Shown one piece after another: positions 40,496 to 52,214 of a stretch of 64,000 nt of DNA; the stretch's first letter is position 1, and the number at the start of each line of letters is the position of its first letter. The DNA comes from Candidatus Marinacidobacterales bacterium. GTDB lineage: Bacteria > Acidobacteriota > Vicinamibacteria > Marinacidobacterales > SMYC01. Under the pieces are notes generated by a model, which searched no databases, was not told where the DNA came from, and saw only the letters and a program-made list of their open reading frames with translations. The stretch is taken from positions 4,576,001 to 4,640,000 of the forward strand of contig OZ250169.1 of NCBI GenBank assembly GCA_965237955.1, read 5' to 3'. The position numbers were made by a program, and so were the translations under genes.

Positions 40496-43400
40496 ATGTC
40501 AAGGAGAAACACGAGGCCGGAGATTCACCGGATTGCTTGGGTAAGCGTTCTCATTCTTGCCGGCTTTCTGTCGCCAGGCTACGCCCAAGAGATTGATTCT
40601 GACGTATACAGCGAACTACGGTATCGACACATTGGTCCGCAGGGCAACCGAGTGGTTGCTGTCGTCGGCGTCCCGGGGGATCCCAATATCGTCTACACCG
40701 GCGCGGCTTCCGGCGGAATATGGAAATCCATTGACGGAGGTATCAATTGGGAGCCCATTTTTGATGACCAGGAGGTGTCCTCGATCGGGTCTCTGGCGAT
40801 TGCGCCCTCCGACCCCAACATCGTCTGGGCGGGAACCGGAGAGACCTTTCTCCGCAATAACATCTCGATCGGAAATGGCATCTACAAGTCCACCGATGCG
40901 GGCAAGACGTGGAAACATATGGGATTGGAAAAGACGGGCAGGATTGGCAGGTTAGTGATCCACCCGCGTGATCCCGATATTGTTCTTGCTGCGGCGATGG
41001 GGCATTGTCATGGTCCCCAGCCCGAGCGTGGGATCTACCGCACTACGGATGGGGGCAAGACCTGGGACAAGGTGCTGTTCGTAGACGAGAACACCGGTGG
41101 CGCGGATATCGCCATGGACCCCAACAATCCGCGGATCCTCTTCGCGAGCATGTGGCAAGTTCTGGTCACAACCTGGGGTGTCCTCAGCGGCGGACCGGGT
41201 AGCAGTCTCCACAAGTCCACGGACGGCGGAGCAACGTGGACGCCCCTCCGCGGCCATGGGCTTCCGGCCACAACCCTGGGGAAGATCGCGGTCGCCGTGG
41301 CTCCCAGCAATTCCGATCGGGTCTATGCCACGATCGAAACCGGGGACGGCGTGCCCCAGGAGGGAAAGAACATCGGCAACGGCTCCCTTTGGAGGTCCGA
41401 GGATGGCGGTGAGGAGTGGAAACTGATCAGTTATGACCACAGTCTCAACGAGCGAACTCATTACTACGGGCGTATGGCGGTGGCACCGGACAATGCCGAC
41501 GACGTCTACTTCATAGGCGGTACACTCGTCCGTTCGATCGATGGCGGTGTGAGCGCGGAAGGGCTCCGGGGGGGTGACAACCACGACATGTGGATCGATC
41601 CGACCGATCCCGATCGGATGATCTTGGGTGCCGATCCGGGCCCCGTCCTTACCACCAACCGTGGTCGGACCTGGAGCAACAGAAGCCTTCCCATCGCCCA
41701 GATGTATCATGTAGAAGTCGACAACAAAATTCCCTACTTCGTTTACGGTAACCGCCAGGATGGCCCCTCGTTCCGAGGCCCGAGCAATCCACTGGGTGGC
41801 GGGATCACGGCGGGTCTGTGGCGATACGTGGGCGGCAATGAGAGTGGCTGGGCCGTTCCCGACCCGGTAGACGACAACATTGTCTGGTCGGGCGGCTATG
41901 ACGGTGCCATCGACCGATTCGATCTCGACACGGGCCATGCGCAGTCCGTCAAGGTCTGGCCGGAGACCTCCATTGGCTTTTCAGCTGGCGACATGAAATA
42001 TCGTTTTAATTGGACCTTTCCCATCGCCATTTCGCCGCACGATCACAACAGAGTTTATGTTGGCAGCCAATACGTTCACCAGACGACGGACGGTGGCCGT
42101 AACTGGAAGGTCATTAGTCCGGACCTGAGCACGGACGATGAGACCCTTCTCGAGAATTCAGATGGCTCCAAGTCTCCCAGTGTCGGCGTCGAATTCGAAT
42201 TTGGCTCTGTCGTCTTTGCCATCGCCGAGTCACCTCTGGAAGAGGGGCTTATCTGGGCGGGCACGAATGATGGGAACGTCCAGGTGACCCGGGACGGGGG
42301 CGCCAATTGGACTAACGTCACTGGCAATATCCCCGGTTTGCCGGCCTGGGGCACGGTCAGCAGCATAGAACCTTCCCGGTATGATGCTGGCAGCAGCTAC
42401 ATTACGGTGAACTTGCATCACGTGAACAATCGCGATCCTCATGTTTACAAGACAACGGACTATGGGAAGACCTGGAAATCCATTAGCTCGGATATTCCCA
42501 GGAGCGTATTCAGTTATGCCCGTTGTGTGCGTGAAGATCCGGTACGGAAAGGGCTGCTCTATCTTGGGACGGAAAACGCGCTATATGTTTCCTTTAATGA
42601 CGGAGACAACTGGGTTCCCCTACAAAACAACATGCCACACACGCCGGTGCACTGGATGGTCGTTCAAGAGCATTTCAATGACCTGGTGGTAGGCACCTAT
42701 GGGCGAGGCTTTTGGATTATGGATGACATCACCCCCCTCCAGCAGCTCACGTCGGAGGTTGTCGATTCCGAGGTCCATCTTTTCGCTGCGCGGCCGGCAT
42801 ACCGTTTCCGGAATGTCGGTCGTCGAATGTCCGTCTACAATGCGCAGACCATAGGACAAGGCCCTCCCTACGGTGCTTCCATCAACTACTATCTGAAGTC
42901 CGCTCCGACCGATGACGTCACCATCACCATCCTTGACGAGAAGGATCAGACAATCAAAACGCTCGAGGGATCCAAGGAGCCCGGTATCAACCGGGTGATG
43001 TGGGACCTGAGGCATGAGCCATCCAGGCAAGCCATGTTGAGAACCAACCACGAGTATGGCCCTCATGTGGAGCTCGACTCACGTACGCAAACGCGACCCC
43101 TGCCCGCAGGCGGGTCGATCAGCCCACAAGCGGTACCGGGGATTTACACAGTAAAACTAAGTGTCGAGGGCCAGGAACTCAGTCAGAAGCTCACCGTGAA
43201 GAAGGATCCCAACTCGGCCGGCAGTGAGGCGGACATTCAGGCTCAAGTGAAGATGTCGCTCGAGCTTCGGGAAGACGTCAACTCCATCATGGATATGATC
43301 GACAAAATTGAAACAATCCGAGGGCAGATTTACGATCTCACGATACTCCTCGAGGAGGACGAAAACGCTGGCGAGGTCATTAGTGCAGCGGAGGAGCTCG

Positions 43401-43711
43401 ACAACAAGCTGAAAGCCGTGGAAGAAGGTCTCTTTCAAATGAAACAGACGCCAGGTGCAGACTTTTGGCGTTGGAAGACGAGGCTCTTGGGGCGGTTCCT
43501 CGTGCTTGCTTCAGAGGTGGGAAGTTCGTGGGGAGGCGCCGGCAATGACTTTGCACCGACGACTTCGCAAGTCGAGGTGCATGAGCTCTTGAAGAAGCGA
43601 CTGACGACCCACCAGGATCGGCTGAACGAGCTGCTCGACAAGGACGTCCCTGCTTTCACCGATCTGCTGAGGGAGAAGAATTTGCCAACGATCTTTCTGG
43701 TAGCAACCTAG
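40496..43711 (+). CDS. Secreted BNR/Asp-box (sortilin/Vps10-like) beta-propeller glycosyl hydrolase-like protein
   Basis: Signal peptide, many S/T-x-D-G-G-x-T/N-W boxes, GNRQDG, VGTYGRG, C-terminal coiled coil. Confidence 0.88.
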   Translation: MSRRNTRPEIHRIAWVSVLILAGFLSPGYAQEIDSDVYSELRYRHIGPQGNRVVAVVGVPGDPNIVYTGAASGGIWKSIDGGINWEPIFDDQEVSSIGSLAIAPSDPNIVWAGTGETFLRNNISIGNGIYKSTDAGKTWKHMGLEKTGRIGRLVIHPRDPDIVLAAAMGHCHGPQPERGIYRTTDGGKTWDKVLFVDENTGGADIAMDPNNPRILFASMWQVLVTTWGVLSGGPGSSLHKSTDGGATWTPLRGHGLPATTLGKIAVAVAPSNSDRVYATIETGDGVPQEGKNIGNGSLWRSEDGGEEWKLISYDHSLNERTHYYGRMAVAPDNADDVYFIGGTLVRSIDGGVSAEGLRGGDNHDMWIDPTDPDRMILGADPGPVLTTNRGRTWSNRSLPIAQMYHVEVDNKIPYFVYGNRQDGPSFRGPSNPLGGGITAGLWRYVGGNESGWAVPDPVDDNIVWSGGYDGAIDRFDLDTGHAQSVKVWPETSIGFSAGDMKYRFNWTFPIAISPHDHNRVYVGSQYVHQTTDGGRNWKVISPDLSTDDETLLENSDGSKSPSVGVEFEFGSVVFAIAESPLEEGLIWAGTNDGNVQVTRDGGANWTNVTGNIPGLPAWGTVSSIEPSRYDAGSSYITVNLHHVNNRDPHVYKTTDYGKTWKSISSDIPRSVFSYARCVREDPVRKGLLYLGTENALYVSFNDGDNWVPLQNNMPHTPVHWMVVQEHFNDLVVGTYGRGFWIMDDITPLQQLTSEVVDSEVHLFAARPAYRFRNVGRRMSVYNAQTIGQGPPYGASINYYLKSAPTDDVTITILDEKDQTIKTLEGSKEPGINRVMWDLRHEPSRQAMLRTNHEYGPHVELDSRTQTRPLPAGGSISPQAVPGIYTVKLSVEGQELSQKLTVKKDPNSAGSEADIQAQVKMSLELREDVNSIMDMIDKIETIRGQIYDLTILLEEDENAGEVISAAEELDNKLKAVEEGLFQMKQTPGADFWRWKTRLLGRFLVLASEVGSSWGGAGNDFAPTTSQVEVHELLKKRLTTHQDRLNELLDKDVPAFTDLLREKNLPTIFLVAT

Positions 43712-43726
43712 GGAGCAGAGAAATCA

Positions 43727-45361
43727 ATGAGAGGTCCTGCAATACGAGCCCTGTGCCTTTGCTCTTTGTTCCTAGTTACCCTCACCGCCTGCAGCGAGAG
43801 CGACCGGCCCATATTGGATTTGGTCATCGAGAACGGTCATGTCGTCGACGGTACGGGCAGTCCCTGGTTTGCCGCCGACGTCGGCATTGTCGACGGCAAA
43901 ATAGCCAATGTCGGCGATCTGGCAACCATCAGCCGAGAGCGCACCATCGATGCCACCGGCCTCGTCGTCTCGCCGGGCTTCATCGATATCCACAATCACT
44001 CCGACGATGAGCTGCTGGAAATGCCCCTCGCCGAAAACTACATCCGGCAGGGCGCCACCACATTGGTCATCGGCAACTGCGGTCACTCGACCGTGCCGCG
44101 CGAGGAATGGCCCACGTTCGAGAAATATTTCGGCCACCTCGAAAAAGATGGCACTACGGTCAACGTCGCAGCCCTCATGGGACACGGTGATCTGAGAAGC
44201 TACGTCGTCGGCGAGGATGATCGGGCACCCACCGCCGAGGAGCTCGACAGGATGAAATCCGTCCTCAACGGCGCCATGGAGGATGGCGCTTTCGGCATGT
44301 CGACCGGTCTGGCTTACGCGCCGGGAATGTTCGCCAAAACCGATGAGCTCATCGAGCTGTGCAAGGTCGTCGCCCAATATGATGGCCTCTACGCCACGCA
44401 CATCCGTACCGAAGGTTCCAGTTCCACCTGGAAAAAATCCGTCCTCGAAGCGATCGAAACCGCGGAACACTGCGGGGCTCATCTGCAGGTCTCCCATCAG
44501 GAGAGCCATTACCCGAACTGGGGCGATGAAGAAAAGATTATCAAACTGCTCGAAGCGGCCCGTGCCCGAGGCGTGGACGTCAGCACCGACCTGCCGCCCT
44601 ACCTAGCGGGCTCGACCACGATTTATCAGATTCTGCCCAACTGGGCGCTGGATGGAGGCGACCCCGAAGTCTTGAGAAGGGTACAGGATCCCGAAGAGAG
44701 GAAAAAGATCCGACACTACGTCTATGAGGAGAAGGAATCACACACCACTCCGCCCGTCGCCCTTCTCGGAGACGGGCATGCCGATAAAATCTGGGTGAGC
44801 GGCAAACACATCGCTCAAATCGCCGACGAACGCGGACTCGACCACCTGGACACCGTCTTTCAGCTCATCATCGAAAACAAAGGTGGCGTGAGCATCGTGA
44901 TGGAGCAGCACTATGAAGACGACATCCGCAAGTTGGTCAGCCACCCGCTCTCCATGATCGAATCGGATGGCCGCATATACAAGGTCGGCGACGGCGTGCC
45001 CCATCCCCGCAGCTATGGCGTCTTCCCCATCACCTTTCGCAAGTACGTGCGCGGAGAAACCCGCGCGGAAGAACCCAAAGAGGTGGGCAAAACCATCCTC
45101 ACCTTGCAGGAGGCCGTCAGAAAAATCACTTCATTCCCGGCAACCAAGCTGGGCATCCAGGACCGGGGCCTGATTCGCGAGAATATGTGGGCCGATATTA
45201 CCGTCTTTGATCTCGAACGCATCACCGACCAGGCCACTTACGCCGATCCCCACCAGTTCCCCAAGGGCATCCCCTACGTCATCGTCAACGGCGAAGTCGT
45301 GGTGGAGAAGGAAGAACCCACCGGCGCCCGCCCCGGCAGAATCCTGAGACGCTCAAGATAG
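43727..45361 (+). CDS. N-acyl-D-amino-acid deacylase (D-aminoacylase) family lipoprotein
   Basis: LTAC lipobox, PGFIDIHNHSD, GNCG, STGLAY, PHPRSYG. Confidence 0.9.
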   Translation: MRGPAIRALCLCSLFLVTLTACSESDRPILDLVIENGHVVDGTGSPWFAADVGIVDGKIANVGDLATISRERTIDATGLVVSPGFIDIHNHSDDELLEMPLAENYIRQGATTLVIGNCGHSTVPREEWPTFEKYFGHLEKDGTTVNVAALMGHGDLRSYVVGEDDRAPTAEELDRMKSVLNGAMEDGAFGMSTGLAYAPGMFAKTDELIELCKVVAQYDGLYATHIRTEGSSSTWKKSVLEAIETAEHCGAHLQVSHQESHYPNWGDEEKIIKLLEAARARGVDVSTDLPPYLAGSTTIYQILPNWALDGGDPEVLRRVQDPEERKKIRHYVYEEKESHTTPPVALLGDGHADKIWVSGKHIAQIADERGLDHLDTVFQLIIENKGGVSIVMEQHYEDDIRKLVSHPLSMIESDGRIYKVGDGVPHPRSYGVFPITFRKYVRGETRAEEPKEVGKTILTLQEAVRKITSFPATKLGIQDRGLIRENMWADITVFDLERITDQATYADPHQFPKGIPYVIVNGEVVVEKEEPTGARPGRILRRSR

Positions 45362-45497
45362 AACGCGATATAGACCTCCCGAGCCCCACCCAGGGGACCG
45401 CGTCTCCGAGAGCGACATGTCATTCACTCGTCGGGTGGCATCCAGTCCACGAGCTGCGACCAGAGCGACCAGTTCTTCCCGTTGACGGTGACCATGG

Positions 45498-47606
45498 TTA
45501 CGGGAGGTCGTTCAACTGTTGACGGATTGCCTCCTGATCGGGATCCATCTGCAAGGAGCGCTCGAGCATCTCCCTGGCCTTTTCCACTTCTCCAGTTCGC
45601 TGGTAACAATCCCCTAGAGTGTTGAGCAGCGTCGTGTCGGGAGGACGAATCGTAATGGCCTTTTCCAGATGTCGTTGGCTGCTGGCACAATCGCTCTTCA
45701 AGTAGTAAGCGCGACCGAGACCGTCGAGGACTTCGAACTGGCTCGAGAAGCTATCCGCCATCGGCTGAAGAAGCTCCAAGACGCGGTCGGCCTGACGCTC
45801 CAAGACGCGGTCGGCCTGACCTGCGCGCAGAAGCGCTTTCGCAAGAGTCCAACGCGCGCTCGGCAGTTGCGGGTTGTTTGTTGCCACGGCCGCCTCGAGC
45901 TCGCGCGTCGCTTCATCGAAACGCTCCAGCGCCAGCAGCTGTTCTCCCCGCTGCAGCTGCAGGAGCCCGGGCGCACGCACGTTGACGGCGCGACGATAAA
46001 CGATGCCAGGCCTGGGAATCGCCGTTCGGGGAGAGATCGTCAATGGGGCTCTTCGCGCCGCCACGACGGTCCCGGCAGGTTCCAACAGCTCTACCACGAC
46101 TTCGTAGTTGCCGCCCATCATTTTCAACAGGGACAATTCCTCGACGACCGGTCCCGCTCCGTAGTGGGCGAGCTTTGCTTCGCGCGAATCGAGGATCTCT
46201 TCCCCGTTGAGCAAGGCAACCCGCAATCCGAAGTTGGGACCGACGCCGTGCACCTGTGCAAAGACCTGCACCGTCTCGCCGATCGCAAAAACACCTCCCG
46301 CCGCCGGCTGCACGCGACGGCCTTCCACCCGGAACGCGCGGTGATCACCGGGCGGCTCGTTGGCCGCGAAAGAGATCTTCCCGTAGCCCAGAATCACTTC
46401 GCTGAGCAGGGGCTCGACGCCGGTCAGCGGCTCGATGGTTAGCTCTCGCTCCGCGACCGTGAACTGCTTGAGCACTCGATTGCGGACGATCACGCTCACC
46501 TTGTACTGCCCGTCGACGATGGGGAAATTATCCTGATAGGAGAACGGCGAGGATTGGACTTGGTGAATTTGGTCCGGCGACAACTCCACGTAGGCTTGTT
46601 TGGTGTGCTCCAGAATCAGACGGTCCTCCCCGTCCCGAACTTCCAAACTGATATCCAGGGTCGTGTAGCCTTTGTTTTGCTCTTCGTCCATCTCCATGCT
46701 GAAGTCTTGCGGGTCGAGCTCGATGCTGTAATGGACGAAGGCGGTATCCTGTGGCCCGAAGAGCACCGCGAAGAAACTTCGACTCGGCACGAAGTTGAAC
46801 GAATACTCGGCGGAGACCAGGTCTCCGTATCGGAGATAGGCGTCCGCGTAGTCAGGGCGAATCGCTCGCTTGGGAAACTCCTCCACCCTGGCCATCATCA
46901 AGTCGGTACCCATCGACGCAATCCCGCCCCGGAAGTCGGGGGGATCGCTGGTATCGAAAGACAACGAAGCGACCCCCAGCTCGGGGCTGATGTCGGTTAG
47001 CATGTCGACAGCCCTGACGTTATCGACGCTGTGGACTTCGCTGCTCCTGATGAGAGAGGTAGGTCCGTCCATGATGGGGTGGTAGATCCTGTACTCGCCG
47101 ATATCGTCTCGCTGGAAAAACAACAAGTAGAAGAACGCAGGCAGCCTCGATACCGGAGGGGCTTGGTAAAACCACAGCTCGCTCGAGACCAAGTCGTTGT
47201 ACCCGTCGAAGCGCTGTACGTCCCTAGGCTCGCCCAGGATGATGTAGTACCTCCCCCGGTCGGTCCTCCAACCGGGAAGATACGTCTCCCGACCCAGGAA
47301 CTTGTTCGCGTGCGCGAGCCGGCGATAGTGCTCCTCCTTGAACTCGTTGACCGGGGTAGCGCGAACGGGGTCCCGCTTTCTCCAGAAAGAGTCGATGAAA
47401 AGGTTGCGCTCCTCGATGGTCCCGAGATCGAGGAAAACCTCGTGTTCCCTTTCGGTGATGATATACACGACCTCTTCCTTCAACCAGGTTTTGTGCTCGG
47501 GCGAGAGATTCTTCTCGCGATCGTCGGCCGAAGCAACGCCGACAAAAGCCACGAGGAGGAGTAACGCGCGGCTAACTCTCATTGGCTTCCTGTTCTTGTA
47601 GCTCAT
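45498..47606 (-). CDS. GWxTD-domain protein with C-terminal TPRs
   Basis: WLKEEVVYII, FWRKRDP, NEFKEEHYRR, GWRTDRGRYYIILGEP. Confidence 0.9.
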   Translation of the reverse strand: MSYKNRKPMRVSRALLLLVAFVGVASADDREKNLSPEHKTWLKEEVVYIITEREHEVFLDLGTIEERNLFIDSFWRKRDPVRATPVNEFKEEHYRRLAHANKFLGRETYLPGWRTDRGRYYIILGEPRDVQRFDGYNDLVSSELWFYQAPPVSRLPAFFYLLFFQRDDIGEYRIYHPIMDGPTSLIRSSEVHSVDNVRAVDMLTDISPELGVASLSFDTSDPPDFRGGIASMGTDLMMARVEEFPKRAIRPDYADAYLRYGDLVSAEYSFNFVPSRSFFAVLFGPQDTAFVHYSIELDPQDFSMEMDEEQNKGYTTLDISLEVRDGEDRLILEHTKQAYVELSPDQIHQVQSSPFSYQDNFPIVDGQYKVSVIVRNRVLKQFTVAERELTIEPLTGVEPLLSEVILGYGKISFAANEPPGDHRAFRVEGRRVQPAAGGVFAIGETVQVFAQVHGVGPNFGLRVALLNGEEILDSREAKLAHYGAGPVVEELSLLKMMGGNYEVVVELLEPAGTVVAARRAPLTISPRTAIPRPGIVYRRAVNVRAPGLLQLQRGEQLLALERFDEATRELEAAVATNNPQLPSARWTLAKALLRAGQADRVLERQADRVLELLQPMADSFSSQFEVLDGLGRAYYLKSDCASSQRHLEKAITIRPPDTTLLNTLGDCYQRTGEVEKAREMLERSLQMDPDQEAIRQQLNDLP
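45773..45820. repeat. 24-bp perfect tandem duplication inside the GWxTD gene
   Basis: GCTCCAAGACGCGGTCGGCCTGAC x2 (QADRVLE repeated). Confidence 0.9.
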
Positions 47607-47759
47607 TCTAATAATCTATACCTCAGAATGAGAGGGGATGCCAGTTGCTTCAGGGTCATATCAGACCGTCTTCACCGGCTCAATGAGTTGCACACACGCC
47701 GCTGGCATGAAATGCGCTAACCTCCGCCGACCAAGGGATTCGCTTTATCGTGTCCGTCC

Positions 47760-47946
47760 ACGGCCGGATCGCAAGATGCAGCTCAAGGAGGATTTCGATC
47801 TGAAGCACTTCCACGACCAAATCACCACCCTGGGATCGGTTCCATTGTCCCTCCTCCGGTGGCAAATCACCGGCCTAGACGACGAAATGGACAAGTTTTG
47901 GAATCCGGTAAGACTCTTCTCCATCTTGGAGCCTGCGTCGAACTGA
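47760..47946 (+). pseudogene. C-terminal remnant of a DUF885-like gene
   Basis: QLKEDFDLKHFHDQITTLGSVPLSLLRW parallels the end of the DUF885 gene (LGKDFDVRAFHDVILLNGPVPL). Confidence 0.65.
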
Positions 47947-48068
47947 GCTCAGCGTGCGAGCCGTGTTCTTCGCTAGCGCCGCCGTTCGTCCGTAGTCGGG
48001 CCTAGAGAGCGTACACTGAAATTTACCTGCAATACCGTGCATGAAGTTTGGCTAGAAGTTAGTCGGTA

Positions 48069-49025
48069 TCAATATCCCTTCGAGATATCGACCACCCCCT
48101 CCAGCGTCTTGCCTTCTTCGAATCTCTTCAAATTTCTCAGGAATACCTTGGTAATCTCCTCCGGCAAACTCGGCCCGGATATGTGAGGTGTAAGGACCAC
48201 GTTCTCCGCCTCCCACAAGGGGTGATTCGCCGGCAGAGGCTCCTCATCGAACACATCCAAAACCGCCCCGGCGATCCGCTTCTGGCTCAACGCATCCAGC
48301 AGGGCTCTCTCCTGCACCAGCGGCCCTCTAGCCACATTGATGAGATAAGCGCTCTGTTTCATCTGTGCGAACTCTCTGTCACCCAGAATCCCTTCGGTCC
48401 GGTCGGTGAGCGGTAGAGCGAGCACCAAGAAATCGACTTCCTGAAGAAACGTGTCCTTCTCCGTCAGCGGGTACACCCTTTCCACATAAGGCAGAGCTCT
48501 TTCCTGTTCAACCAGGCCGATGACCTTCGCCCCCGCGAGATGAATCCGATAAGCCAATGTCGACCCTACCGATCCCAATCCCATGACTCCCACGGTTTTG
48601 CTTCGAATCGACTCTACCAAGAAAGGAGCCCATCGTTTCTTCCGCTTGTTCTCGAACACCTCCTCCATTCGCTGGGTGAGTGCCAGCATGTACCCAAGCA
48701 CGTATTCGGCCATGATGGAGCCGAACAACCCTCTGATCTTGGTCAAGGTCACGTGCGACGGTAAAGCCTTGGATCGTACGAAATTCTCCACGCCGGCCCC
48801 CATGGCCTGAATCCATTTGAGTCTCTTCGCCCTGCTGATGGCGTGCATCGGGAAGGTGTGACCGGCGAAGATGATCTCCGCGTCTTTGACGACGTTTGCG
48901 ATTGCAGCTTCGTCCCTGCAATTCAGCAAATTGAGATCTTGCCGAGCCTCCTCCAACAGCTTTTGGTAACGGTCCAAGAATTCCGGGTTGTGGTGGTAAA
49001 CGAGTACGTTGCGGCCTGAATCCAT
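48069..49025 (-). CDS. D-isomer-specific 2-hydroxyacid dehydrogenase
   Basis: GAGVE, GLGSVG, LINVARG, LDVFDEEPLP, TPHISG. Confidence 0.92.
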   Translation of the reverse strand: MDSGRNVLVYHHNPEFLDRYQKLLEEARQDLNLLNCRDEAAIANVVKDAEIIFAGHTFPMHAISRAKRLKWIQAMGAGVENFVRSKALPSHVTLTKIRGLFGSIMAEYVLGYMLALTQRMEEVFENKRKKRWAPFLVESIRSKTVGVMGLGSVGSTLAYRIHLAGAKVIGLVEQERALPYVERVYPLTEKDTFLQEVDFLVLALPLTDRTEGILGDREFAQMKQSAYLINVARGPLVQERALLDALSQKRIAGAVLDVFDEEPLPANHPLWEAENVVLTPHISGPSLPEEITKVFLRNLKRFEEGKTLEGVVDISKGY

Positions 49026-49228
49026 TTGTAAGTACCTCCCTCTTGTCATTGGAACCGACCTCAAGGATTGTTTGGAGTCAACGGCCATAGATGGAGTCGG
49101 TTTGACACCTTTGACTCTACAGAAAGTAATGCGGCGAGATTCGGGGCGGAAGTGACAGAAGCGCGAATCGGTACGAAACTGTCCTACCTGGAAGAGGATT
49201 CGCCCCCTAATCGGGCGGCGTTTGCACG

Positions 49229-52190
49229 TTATCGGGCATCGGGCTGGACGCGCAGCGGACGCGAAAGCTCCTGCCCGTCGACCCAGAGCGTGACCTCGTA
49301 CTCGCCGAGACCCACCAGTGGAACCGGCCGCCCCTGCCGGCTGCGCCGGGTGAGGCGCCGGGAATCGTTGCTGCCCACTCGCTGCCAGGGCGGGGGGGGA
49401 GAGCGCGAAGGTTTCCTCAAGTCCCACACCAGCCTGTTGAGACCCGCCCGGGAGGACCCGGAGAGCTCGCGTACCAGCCTCCCTTCCGCATCTTGAATGG
49501 TAATCGTCACCGGTGCCGCCCGCGTCTCGCGAAGAAAGTAGTAGATCGTGGCCCCCGGGGGAGCCAGCTCGCTCCGATCGCTTTCCGACACCAGCTCGCT
49601 GTAGGGGTTGGCAGCCGCGAAACGCCGCGCGCCGCTCGCGCCCTTGTTCCTGGTGATGTCGACGTCGAGGAGCGTCGTGGGCTCCACCGCGAAGAGATGC
49701 GCCGGGCTGGCGAGCACCTCGCGGGTGAGCGCTCGAAGAGGCGCGATGTCCATGATGTAGATGCTCCGACCGTGCGTTCCGGCGACCAGATCCGCTTCCC
49801 GCGGGTGAATCACCATGTCCCTCACCGGGACCGTCGGGAGACCGTTGCGGAGAGCGAGCCAGTGCTCGCCAGCGTCGATGGAGACGAACGCCCCGTTCTC
49901 GGTTCCGACGAACAAGAGATCACGGTTGACTCGATCCTCTCTGATGACTCTGACCGGCACCCCGGGAGGAAGACTTCCACCGATGGGTTCCCAGGTTCCG
50001 CCGTAGTCCCGCGTGCGAAAAAGATAAACGCCGAAATCGTCGTTCCGGTGATCATCGAAGGCCGCATAGGCGGTGGCGACATCGAAATGAGATGCCTCCA
50101 GGGAGCTGACCCACGCACGCGGCGATCCCCCAGTGTCCGCGGGAAGTCCGGCAATCCGTCCGGCTACGTTCGTCCAGGAGCTGCCGCTGTCACGGCTGAT
50201 GTGCAGGCTCCCGTCGTTCGTGCCCGCCCAGAGTACGGCGGACCCGAGGGGCGATGCGGCAATGGCGGTGATCGTGGCTCCCTCGCCGGTGTCGCGACTG
50301 GGCCGGCCCCTGGACAGATCGGGGCTGACCGCCGTCCAGCTCTCGCCTCGGTCGTCCGTCTTCAAGAGCATCTGAGCGCCGAGGTAAAGCGTCGAGGAAT
50401 CGTGCGGGGACATGACGAAAGGGGTGTTGAAATTGAATCGGAGTTTTTCATCACCGGCGCGGGGACGGATGGACTTCCTCACACCTTTTTTCATGTCGAG
50501 CCGGTGGATGTTGGCATACTGGGACTCGATGTAGATCGTCGCCGGATCGCCCGGGTCGACCTGGACGTAACCACCGTCGGCGGTGCCGAGCTTGAACCAG
50601 TCCCTGTCGGCGATTCCACTCCGATGGCGGGTGGCGCTCGGCCCGCCCCAGCTGCCGTTGTCTTGAAGTCCGCCATAGACCCAGTAGGGTTGCTGCATGT
50701 CGACCGCTATCCCGACGAACTGTCCGACGGGCATGGGATGATTCTCCCAATGGTCCCCACCGTCGTAGCTGGTGAAGAGCCCGCCGTCGCTGCCGACGAT
50801 CAGGTGGTCCGAGTTCTCCGGGTCGATCCACATGGCGTGGAAGTCGCCGTGGATGAAATCGCTGGTCAGCCAGGACGAGAAGGCCCAGCCCTTTTGTTGC
50901 AACCGACGCCCACCGTCCGTGGACTCCCAGGTTCGGACCCAAAGCACGTAGACGTGGTCCGCGTCGGCGGGGTTCACCCGGATCTGGGAGTAGTAGCCTT
51001 CTCTTTCGTTCAGCTTGTTGACGCGCCTCCAACTTTCCCCCTTGTCGTCCGATCGAAACAGCCCGCCGCCGGTGTCCAGCTCATCGAGATCCAGAAGAAC
51101 CCGCATCTGCGCCTGCTGGCGGCGGCTCAATCCGGCCACGATGCTGCCCGACAAATCTCCCGGTGGTGCCGCCCCCATCATAAGCTCGATCCGAGCGAAC
51201 TCGGACTGGTCCGGTCTCTCATCCTGCCGCAGGAGCTCGCGTAGCCGGTCGACGCTCGCCTCCGGCGGGTGGATCCAACGCGGCGCGACCTCCACGATCG
51301 CATAGACGACGTCGGGGTTGGCGGGCGCGATAGCGATGCCGATGCGCCCCACGCGCTCGCTCGGCAAACCGGCACGGAGCGGGCTCCACGTGTCGCCGCC
51401 GTCGGTGGTCTTGTAGAGACCGCCGCCGTCGAGCACGTAGATGCCGACGCTGTCGAAGTCATCGAAGCGGTCGCTGCGGCGGGCGTAGGCGGCGGCATAC
51501 AGCGTGTTCCGATCCGCGGGATCCATGGCCACGTCGACGAAACCCACGTCCTCGCCGATGAACATGGCCTTGTGCCACGTCTCGCCGCCGTCCGTCGTCT
51601 TGTAGAGGCCTCTTTCCGTGTTGGGACCCCAGAGATGCCCCAGGGCCGCGACGTACACGATGTCGGGATCGACGGGGTCGATCACGATCCGGCCGATGTG
51701 GTGCGTGTCGGCGAGTCCCATGCGCTTCCAGGTGCTCCCGCCGTCCCCCGACTTGTACACCCCGTCACCCCATGAGCTGTAACTGCTCGCGTTCGCTTCT
51801 CCGGTTCCCACCCACACAACGTTCGGGTCGGAGTCGGAAACGGCGATGGCTCCAATGGAGCTCGATCCTTGTTCGTCAAAGATTGGCAGCCAGGTGGTCC
51901 CGTTGTTGATCGTCTTCCACACACCGCCGGTAGCGGTGGCACAGTAGACGCGGTATAGCTCTCCTTCCTGGGAACGGCGATGTCGGTCACCCGGCCGCTC
52001 ATATGAGCAGGGCCGATCAAGCGCCAACGCAAGGGCGTGAGCTCTGCCTCTGTCACGCCGAGCGACTCGGCCCAGCCGAGCCAGGGGACGGTGAGGGTGG
52101 CTGCCAAGGCGGCCGGCCAGCCCGAAACGAGATCGGAATCTCGTCCGTCGCGACGAGCGCCGTCCCCTCGGAGAACGTCCGAACACACTC
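49229..52190 (-). pseudogene. Second BNR/Asp-box propeller protein, frameshifted near 51950
   Basis: WRLIGPAHMSGRVTDIAV in one frame; ATGGVWKT, GGLQDNG and GTHGRS in another. Confidence 0.85.
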
Positions 52191-52214
52191 ATGCCCCACA
52201 GCCTATCAACATGG

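Noticed and set aside
45424-45495. 23-aa ORF MVTVNGKNWSLWSQLVDWMPPDE right after the GWxTD stop
   Set aside because: Possibly a gene stub, but too short to assign.
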